DNA of 36,784 nucleotides from a virus (Duplodnaviria; Heunggongvirae; Uroviricota; Caudoviricetes): IMG/VR virus record IMGVR_UViG_2778261535_000012, positions 1 to 36,784 of that record; one strand, 5' to 3'. Shown piece by piece: positions 30,496 to 36,784 of this stretch (position 1 is its first letter; each line of letters starts with the position of its first letter). The notes under the pieces were generated by a model. It saw only the letters and a program-made list of their open reading frames with translations, ran no database searches and was not told where the DNA came from. The position numbers and the translations under genes were made by a program.

Positions 30496-31394
30496 GCAAT
30501 ATCGTTGAATTCGTTAAACAGCAGGAGCAGTTATTCTGCGGAGCATTGACTGAACAGACGGTGACATGGGCTAAGGAAAGCCAGTTTGCAATTCAGTATT
30601 TCCAGAAAAATGATTACCTGGCTAAAACGGCACTGGCAAATCCGACCAGCGCACAGAACGCTATCATCAACGTTGCGGCGATCGGCATCACCTTAAACCC
30701 GGCCAGCAAACTGGCTTATCTGGTTCCTCGCGACGGCATGGTGTGCCTTGATATCAGTTACATGGGATTACTTCACCTTGCACAGTCGACAGGATCAATT
30801 AAGTGGGGGCAATGCAAACTGGTGTACTCAAACGACACCTATGAATCAAACGGCCTTGATTCAGCACCAACCCACAAATACAACGCATTTGGTGAGCGAG
30901 GCTCTATTGTTGGTGGTTATTGTACGGTTAAAACAGCAGATGGTGACTACCTCACTGAAGAAATGAGTCTGGCAGAAATTAAAGCTGTGGAAGCAACGAG
31001 CAAGGCAAAGAATGGACCGTGGAAGACATTCTGGGAAGAGATGGCGCGTAAAACAATAGTTAAACGCGCCAGCAAATACTGGCCTAAAGCCCAGCGACTG
31101 GATAATGCCATTCACCTGCTTAACGAAGATGAAGGTATGCATCAGGAACCAGTTATGCCGCACAAATCAGAGGAAGATATCCGCGAAGATGAACGGAAAC
31201 GCCAGCAGGAAATTATGGAAAAAGCACAACTTCTTTGTGATGAAATGGCTCAGGCAGAAAACATGGATGATTTGAAGCGGTATTTTGCAGAAGCATATCG
31301 CCTGACATCTGGAATGAAATTGCAGCAGAACGTACAAGCCATTTACATAGAATGCAAAGCGAAACTGGAGGTTGCCAGTGAGCAAACTGTATGA
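30492..31394 (+). CDS. recT: RecT-family single-strand annealing recombinase
   Basis: ...KAKNGPWKTFWEEMARKTIVKRASKYWP... resembles the RecT conserved core (NGPW..HWEEMAKKT). Confidence 0.8.
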   Translation: MSNIVEFVKQQEQLFCGALTEQTVTWAKESQFAIQYFQKNDYLAKTALANPTSAQNAIINVAAIGITLNPASKLAYLVPRDGMVCLDISYMGLLHLAQSTGSIKWGQCKLVYSNDTYESNGLDSAPTHKYNAFGERGSIVGGYCTVKTADGDYLTEEMSLAEIKAVEATSKAKNGPWKTFWEEMARKTIVKRASKYWPKAQRLDNAIHLLNEDEGMHQEPVMPHKSEEDIREDERKRQQEIMEKAQLLCDEMAQAENMDDLKRYFAEAYRLTSGMKLQQNVQAIYIECKAKLEVASEQTV

Positions 31395-31860
31395 AATTGC
31401 CAATGAATACGCAAAATTGATGGATTCAGATTTAGAACCAGAGATGATTGCTGACACAATAGAAGGCATGGAAGGAGAATTTACCGATAAAATAGAGCAA
31501 CTTCTTTCCGTCATTAAAAATGAATCTGGTTATGCTGAACGCCTCAAGGAAGAGGCAAAGTCACTGAATGAGCGAGCCGCAGTAATTCAAAATAAGATTG
31601 ACAGCATCAAATCATATATAGCGTCATCGCTTGAAATGGTTGGCAAGAAAAATATTCGAGCAGGTATTCACCAGGTAACAATCCGCAAACCGTCAGAAAC
31701 TGTAGAAATCATCGACTCAAGCGCCCTTCCTCCTGAATACGTTGAGTTTGAAACGACAATTAAAGCCGACAAACTGGCAATCAAACACCAACTAAAAGCA
31801 GGAATAAATATCCCCGGCGCTCAACTCAAAGTTGGGAAACCTTCACTTCTTATCAAATAA
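31378..31860 (+). CDS. Hypothetical protein downstream of recT
   Basis: 160 aa from GTG (GGAGG RBS); coiled-coil-like; overlaps the recT 3' end. Confidence 0.5.
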   Translation: MSKLYEIANEYAKLMDSDLEPEMIADTIEGMEGEFTDKIEQLLSVIKNESGYAERLKEEAKSLNERAAVIQNKIDSIKSYIASSLEMVGKKNIRAGIHQVTIRKPSETVEIIDSSALPPEYVEFETTIKADKLAIKHQLKAGINIPGAQLKVGKPSLLIK

Positions 31861-31871
31861 CGGTATCGCCT

Positions 31872-32186
31872 ATGAAAAAGACTCCATGGGAGAAATGGGA
31901 AGTCGATTTCTTGCGCGAAGTGGCGGCGACAATGCCAGTTGAAGTTATCGCTGAAAAACTGGAAAGGACTGAAAAAGCAGTAATGGCGAAAGCAACAAGG
32001 ATTGGAGCTGACATTGTTAGCCGACTTCGTGGAAGACGCTGGACAAGAGCCGAAGTATCACTTTTCGGTAAGTTCTCCGCAGAAGAAATAGCAATTGCAA
32101 CCTGCCGCTCAATTTATTCAGTAAGAGCTATGCGATACAAGCTAAAAAAACTCGATGAAGAAAGAGCAGGCATACAAATAAATTAA
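31872..32186 (+). CDS. Hypothetical protein with internal duplicated helix-rich motif
   Basis: 104 aa; two similar segments (WEVDFLREVAATMPVEVIAEKLERTEKAVMAKA / WTRAEVSLFGKFSAEEIAIATCRSIYSVRAMRYKL). Confidence 0.5.
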   Translation: MKKTPWEKWEVDFLREVAATMPVEVIAEKLERTEKAVMAKATRIGADIVSRLRGRRWTRAEVSLFGKFSAEEIAIATCRSIYSVRAMRYKLKKLDEERAGIQIN

Positions 32187-32202
32187 CAAAGAGTAATTTA
32201 CC

Positions 32203-32367
32203 ATGAGAGGACTTGCATACAATCCCAGCATTCTTCCGGCAGAAATGATTATTCGCCAACGCGTAAAGCCAATGCCATCGAGAGAGGAATTACTTAAGCG
32301 AAAGAGTTTCGGTTCTGTTAATGACAACAAATATCTGAATGCGATGTTGCGGAGTGGGAAGAAATGA
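32203..32367 (+). CDS. Small hypothetical ORF (54 aa)
   Basis: Hand-translated; stop overlaps next ORF start (ATGA). Confidence 0.3.
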   Translation: MRGLAYNPSILPAEMIIRQRVKPMPSREELLKRKSFGSVNDNKYLNAMLRSGKK

Positions 32368-32804
32368 AACAAATGTCACTAATTGAGATGGATGGATTCC
32401 TGAAAGGTAAATGCATCCCCCGAGATTTAAAGGTTAACGAAACAAACGCTGAATATCTGGTGCGTAAGTTCGGTGAACTTGAATCAAAACTAGAAACGGC
32501 GTTGCGGGAGTGTCGTTCTGCTGGAATCACGATTGATAACCTTGAGGCTAAATGCGCGAAGATGGCTGCTGAAAATACCTCGCTTAAGCAATCTGAGAAG
32601 GAATTTAATGACTTTTGTCGTGAGGAGTTTAGCGAATGGGAAGATGATGTTACTGAAACCCCAGCCACCGATGCTTTCCTGGCTGAAGTGCGGGCTCAGG
32701 GGGTGGAGATGGCGGCTTGCGCTCTTGATGACGTAAACCAGTTTAATTACGCAAACATGCTTGACGATTTAGCGCAGAAACTTCGCCAGGAGGCAGTCCA
32801 ATGA
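32364..32804 (+). CDS. Hypothetical protein (ea region)
   Basis: 146-aa ORF in the early-left accessory region. Confidence 0.5.
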   Translation: MKQMSLIEMDGFLKGKCIPRDLKVNETNAEYLVRKFGELESKLETALRECRSAGITIDNLEAKCAKMAAENTSLKQSEKEFNDFCREEFSEWEDDVTETPATDAFLAEVRAQGVEMAACALDDVNQFNYANMLDDLAQKLRQEAVQ

Positions 32805-33262
32805 GCAACATCGACAAACAGGCGCTGCGTGAAATCGCAGCGGCAGCAGTTGGCGCACATGAGCGCCTTAGTGTTATGCCGCCTGATGACATTTTCGATA
32901 TCTCACTGGCAGAAGGAACTCAGCTTGATGCAGATATCACTGCCTTGAACGCGCTGAACTCCGCAGCAAACCCCACTACCGTGCTGGCGCTGCTGGATGA
33001 GCTGGAGGCCAAAGACTCAAGCATCTCTACTCAGCAGCATGAAATACGTACACTTCTTAATGCTCTAGAGCAAGCAACGGAGAAGCGAAACTCTGACATT
33101 CCTGGTCAGAAACGACTGATTGGGTGGCGGGCATCAGACTACACCGACGAGACATCTGACCCTGAGTTAGCTAAAAACTGGGCCGCTGCAATTGGTGTAC
33201 TGCCTATTTTTGAAGGTGATGTGAATACCAAGCTTAGCGCCGCTGGCATCAAGGGGGAGTAG
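32801..33262 (+). CDS. Hypothetical protein, Ea22-like
   Basis: 153-aa acidic coiled-coil ORF; resemblance to Ea22-family proteins is by recollection only. Confidence 0.5.
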   Translation: MSNIDKQALREIAAAAVGAHERLSVMPPDDIFDISLAEGTQLDADITALNALNSAANPTTVLALLDELEAKDSSISTQQHEIRTLLNALEQATEKRNSDIPGQKRLIGWRASDYTDETSDPELAKNWAAAIGVLPIFEGDVNTKLSAAGIKGE

Positions 33263-33266
33263 GGAT

Positions 33267-34043
33267 ATGGCTGAATTTACGAAAGAGCAGTTGATTGAGA
33301 AGCTTGAGCGCCGTCTTGCGGTAACAACCCATTACCCTGATTTTGAAGAAGCGCAACTCGATGCGCAAATCTTCAAAATCGCACTGGAAGCGCTGACGGC
33401 TGGCATGGAGCAGGAGCCGGTGGCGTGGCTGCTGTCAGGCGGCGGCGCAAAAAACTACGTCAGCTTCGATAGTGGCAATGCTTATGCCGCCCAGCTGCGA
33501 GAAGTAACGCCGCTTTACACCGCCCCGCCAGCGCCGGTATCTGTGCCCGCTGCGATGGAAATTGATGATGACTTTGACAGCGCGTTTGAACACGGAAAAG
33601 CTGTCGGCTGGAACGCCTATCGCGCCGCCATGCTTCAGGCCGAACCTGTAAGTAATAGTGATGAGTTACCGCTGGACTATCTGCAAGGACACAAAGACGG
33701 CCTGGAGTGGGCAGCACAGATGGCAGAAGCAAATAATCCGCAAACAGGTGACTGGTTGTACGACGACCCAATCGATCTTGCCAGGGCGATTCGCAAAGGT
33801 CCGGATATGCCTACTGTTCAGGGTGGCAATTCTCCGGTAACTCCGGATGCTTGGATAAGCTGTAGTGAGCGAATGCCCGCTCAAGATGATTGGATTTTAA
33901 TTTATTCAAAGCACGGTGAGTATATGGCAGGCCAGGTGCAAGGGGAATACGTGGAGTTGAGCGACGGCACTTTATCGTGGTTAGGGAACGCCTTGTTCTG
34001 GACGCCGCTACCAGAACCGCCGCAGGAGGTTAACCGTGGCTAA
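33267..34043 (+). CDS. Hypothetical protein with DUF551-like C-terminal domain
   Basis: C-terminal WISCSERMPAQDDWILIYSKHGEYMAGQVQG...WTPLPEPP resembles the DUF551 module common in lambdoid ea genes. Confidence 0.55.
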   Translation: MAEFTKEQLIEKLERRLAVTTHYPDFEEAQLDAQIFKIALEALTAGMEQEPVAWLLSGGGAKNYVSFDSGNAYAAQLREVTPLYTAPPAPVSVPAAMEIDDDFDSAFEHGKAVGWNAYRAAMLQAEPVSNSDELPLDYLQGHKDGLEWAAQMAEANNPQTGDWLYDDPIDLARAIRKGPDMPTVQGGNSPVTPDAWISCSERMPAQDDWILIYSKHGEYMAGQVQGEYVELSDGTLSWLGNALFWTPLPEPPQEVNRG

Positions 34044-34143
34044 CCTGCAACTTGCCGTCAAAGGTGAATAACAATCCTCGAACTCGCGGGGATTTCTTTT
34101 ATCTGAACTCGCTACGGCGAGTTTTGTTTTATGGAGATGATAA

Positions 34144-34311
34144 ATGCACTTTCGAGTCACAGGTGAATGGAATGGAGAGCCATTCAACAGGGTTATCGAA
34201 GCAGAGAACATCAACGACTGCTATAACCACTGGATGATATGGGCGCAGATAGCGCATGCAGACGTAACCAATATTCGAATTGAAGAACTGAAAGAACACC
34301 ATGCCGCCTGA
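34144..34311 (+). CDS. Small hypothetical ORF (55 aa)
   Basis: GGAGA RBS upstream of ATG; below the ORF-track cutoff. Confidence 0.35.
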   Translation: MHFRVTGEWNGEPFNRVIEAENINDCYNHWMIWAQIAHADVTNIRIEELKEHHAA

Positions 34312-34323
34312 TGGCGGTTTTTT
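34303..34323 (+). terminator. Candidate intrinsic terminator
   Basis: CCGCC-TGAT-GGCGG followed by TTTTTT. Confidence 0.4.
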
Positions 34324-34337
34324 ATTGGAGACAAGAA

Positions 34338-34682
34338 ATGTCAGATTTGGCTATGAAGGTTTTGAAATGGCAATCGACTGGCGATGTCGGCATCAGTAGC
34401 GCAACTCTTGCCTCAATCGCATGTGGACTGAAAAAGAATATCTATGGTCATAGCTTCGGTGCTCCACATGACGCAGCCGATTTCCGGCGATGCGTTGCAC
34501 TTGTTGAGCAGATTCCAGAAATCAGAGATTCATTCGACAAGGTTGCAAAGCGCGTTCCGGCATTCAAAGGCATCCTCAACGAATGGGATTCTCTCGTTGC
34601 TCTGTTGAAGTCTGAAATGAAGATACACGGAAACAAAGCACCAGAGACTTACAGAAGAATCAGCGAGCTACGCAAGGACTAA
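34338..34682 (+). CDS. Hypothetical protein
   Basis: 114 aa from the internal ATG with GGAGA RBS (ORF-track start at 34311 lies inside the terminator hairpin). Confidence 0.5.
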   Translation: MSDLAMKVLKWQSTGDVGISSATLASIACGLKKNIYGHSFGAPHDAADFRRCVALVEQIPEIRDSFDKVAKRVPAFKGILNEWDSLVALLKSEMKIHGNKAPETYRRISELRKD

Positions 34683-34806
34683 CCACAGCCTCACACTCGA
34701 TGAGGCCTGTTCATTTCTCAAGATATCCAGACCTACCATTGCTGCATCAATGCGGCTTTTTATTGCCTGATTTGCAGGTTCGATTCCATATTCGGAGATA
34801 GCACTC

Positions 34807-35007
34807 ATGCAACACGAACTACAGCCTGATTCACTGGTTGATTTGAAATTCATCATGGCCGATACTGGCTTTGGTAAAACCTTCATCTACGACCGGATTA
34901 AGTCCGGCGACCTGCCAAAAGCCAAAGTTATCCACGGTCGAGCAAGATGGTTATATCGTGACCATTGTGAATTCAAAAATAAGCTCTTAAGCCGCGCCAA
35001 TGGGTAA
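34807..35007 (+). CDS. AlpA/Xis-family DNA-binding protein (putative excisionase)
   Basis: 66 aa; pattern L.DLKFIMADTGFGKTFIYDRIKSGDLPK...GRARWLYRD fits the AlpA/excisionase winged-helix family; last phage gene before the att core. Confidence 0.65.
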   Translation: MQHELQPDSLVDLKFIMADTGFGKTFIYDRIKSGDLPKAKVIHGRARWLYRDHCEFKNKLLSRANG

Positions 35008-35080
35008 AATAGCGGGTAAAATATTTCTCACATCTAAAAAACATCATTCCAATCAATCCCCTGCCGCGTCAAGTAGATGT

Positions 35081-35095
35081 CTGCAGGGGACACCA
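35081..35095. other. Putative prophage attachment core: tRNA 3'-terminus-like sequence (CTGCAGGGGACACCA) without a tRNA body
   Basis: The sequence ends in ACCA and resembles a T-stem 3' strand plus acceptor 3' strand; from memory it matches the 3' end of E. coli tRNA-Arg argW. Upstream bases do not form a T-loop, so this is a partial copy. Confidence 0.5.
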
Positions 35096-35536
35096 GATAC
35101 CCTTCAAACCAAATCTACCTTCACCCCGTAAAAGATGGGTTTGGCAGCACACTTGCCCTATATCTACTCATTTTTACTGCAACAGGTTGAAATCTCAGCA
35201 CTGTCAGAAAGCGCTGATGACTAAACAGCCCTGGGCCGGGCGATGTAACCATCATACAGAATCCTGATAGCGAAATATGGCGTGACTCGATACTTCACTC
35301 TGCAATGCATTCCTTGATGAATTCGCAGGCCCGTGATACTCGGGACAGGTCGCTGAATGACGACAATGTCCTGGAAATCAGCGAACCGCGTATCCGGAGT
35401 ACATTTGAGCGACTGTACCAGAACATGAATGAGGCGTTTGGATTAGGTGATTATTAGTTGGGCTAAGCATTTTTGTATTACTATTTTCCGGTTGAGGGAT
35501 ATGGAGATATCGACAACAACCGGAAAAAGTTTACGT

Positions 35537-36784
35537 CTATATTGCTGAAGGTACAGGCGTTTCCATAACTATTTGCTCGCGTTTTTTACTCAAGAAGAAA
35601 ATGCCAAATAGCAACATCAGGCAGACAATACCCGAAATTGCGAAGAAAACTGTCTGGTAGCCTGCGTGGTCAAAGAGTATCCCAGTCGGCGTTGAAAGCA
35701 GCACAATCCCAAGCGAACTGGCAATTTGAAAACCAATCAGAAAGATCGTCGACGACAGGCGCTTATCAAAGTTTGCCACGCTGTATTTGAAGACGGATAT
35801 GACACAAAGTGGAACCTCAATGGCATGTAACAGCTTCACTAATGAAATAATCCAGGGGTTAACGAACAGCGCGCAGGAAAGGATACGCAACGCCATAATC
35901 ACAACACCGATAAGTAATGCATTTTTTGGCCCTACCCGATTCACAAAGAAAGGAATAATCGCCATGCACAGCGCTTCGAGTACCACCTGGAATGAGTTGA
36001 GATAACCATACAGGCGCGTTCCTACATCGTGTGATTCGAATAAACCTGCATAAAAGACAGGAAAGAGTTGTTGATCAAAAATGTTATAGAAAGACCACGT
36101 CCCCACAATAAATATGACAAAAACCCAGAAGTTTCGATCCTTGAAAACTGCGATAAAATCCTCTTTTTTTACCCCTCCCGCATCCGCCGCTATGCACTGG
36201 TGATCCTTATCTTTAAAACGCATGTTGATCATCATAAATACAGCGCCAAATAGCGAGACCAACCAGAAGTTGATATGGGGACTGATACTAAAAAATATAC
36301 CGGCAAAGAACGCGCCAATAGCATAGCCAAAAGATCCCCAGGCGCGCGCTGTTCCATATTCGAAATGAAAATTTCGCGCCATTTTTTCGGTGAAGCTGTC
36401 AAGCAAACCGCATCCCGCCAGATACCCCAGGCCAAAAAAGAGCGCCCCCAGAATTAGACCTACAGAAAAATTGCTTTGCAGTAACGGTTCATAAACGTAA
36501 ATCATAAACGGTCCGGTCAAGACCAGAATGAAACTCATACACCAGATGAGCGGTTTCTTCAGACCGAGTTTATCCTGAACGATGCCGTAGAACATCATAA
36601 ATAGAATGCTGGTAAACTGGTTGACCGAATAAAGTGTACCTAATTCCGTCCCTGTTAATCCTAGATGTCCTTTCAGCCAAATAGCGTATAACGACCACCA
36701 CAGCGACCAGGAAATAAAAAAGAGAAATGAGTAACTGGATGCAAAACGATAGTACGCATTTCTGAATGGAATATTCAGTGCCAT
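35537..36784 (-). CDS. cscB: LacY-family (oligosaccharide:H+ symporter) MFS permease, sucrose permease CscB-like
   Basis: 415 aa with multiple TM segments; LacY-like motifs (GIVQDKLGLKKPLIW, FEYGTARAWGSFGYA). N-terminus MALNIPFRNAYYRFASSYSF matches CscB as recalled. Start codon is at the window edge. Confidence 0.8.
   Translation of the reverse strand: MALNIPFRNAYYRFASSYSFLFFISWSLWWSLYAIWLKGHLGLTGTELGTLYSVNQFTSILFMMFYGIVQDKLGLKKPLIWCMSFILVLTGPFMIYVYEPLLQSNFSVGLILGALFFGLGYLAGCGLLDSFTEKMARNFHFEYGTARAWGSFGYAIGAFFAGIFFSISPHINFWLVSLFGAVFMMINMRFKDKDHQCIAADAGGVKKEDFIAVFKDRNFWVFVIFIVGTWSFYNIFDQQLFPVFYAGLFESHDVGTRLYGYLNSFQVVLEALCMAIIPFFVNRVGPKNALLIGVVIMALRILSCALFVNPWIISLVKLLHAIEVPLCVISVFKYSVANFDKRLSSTIFLIGFQIASSLGIVLLSTPTGILFDHAGYQTVFFAISGIVCLMLLFGIFFLSKKREQIVMETPVPSAI

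Noticed and set aside
34668-34886. 72-aa minus-strand ORF
   Set aside because: Overlaps the xis-like gene start and the tRNA-like fragment on the opposite strand; Ser/Cys-rich, no RBS.

Overview
Almost the whole window (1 to about 35095) is one lambdoid prophage; the last ~1.7 kb is host or island DNA carrying a LacY-family permease gene that looks like the sucrose permease cscB. The prophage has a P22/Sf6-type short-tailed virion module and a lambda/434-type regulatory backbone. It lies inverted, with late and structural genes on the minus strand and the early-left operon on the plus strand. Left to right: truncated tailspike gene (N-terminal 333 codons, runs off the window start); immI-like region (ant, small Cys-rich ORF, arc, divergent mnt) followed by two exported-protein morons; injection proteins gp16/gp20/gp7, gp14, tail needle gp26, an inserted HNH endonuclease, gp10, gp4, coat, scaffold, portal, large and small terminase; small ORFs and a KilA-N moron; lambda-type lysis cassette (Rz/Rz1, R, S), pR' leader, Q; nin region (ninH, rusA, ybcO-like, ninF, ninX-like, ninE, ninB); DnaB-type helicase; O-like initiator with an embedded iteron origin; cII, nutR, cro, three 434-type OR operators, cI, an exported-protein moron at the rex position, OL operators, nutL, N, cIII, kil, RecT recombinase, ea-region ORFs, an AlpA/Xis-family gene, and a 15-nt tRNA-3'-end-like att core. 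No integrase gene lies between the xis-like gene and the att core. No rRNA, complete tRNA or CRISPR array was recognised. All homology statements come from reading the translations and from memory of reference phage proteins (P22, Sf6, lambda, 434); no database search was run. The most promising candidates for undescribed biology are the lysogen-expressed exported-protein morons (2792-3617 and 27832-28236), the extra Cys-rich gene inside immI, and the integrase-less prophage end.
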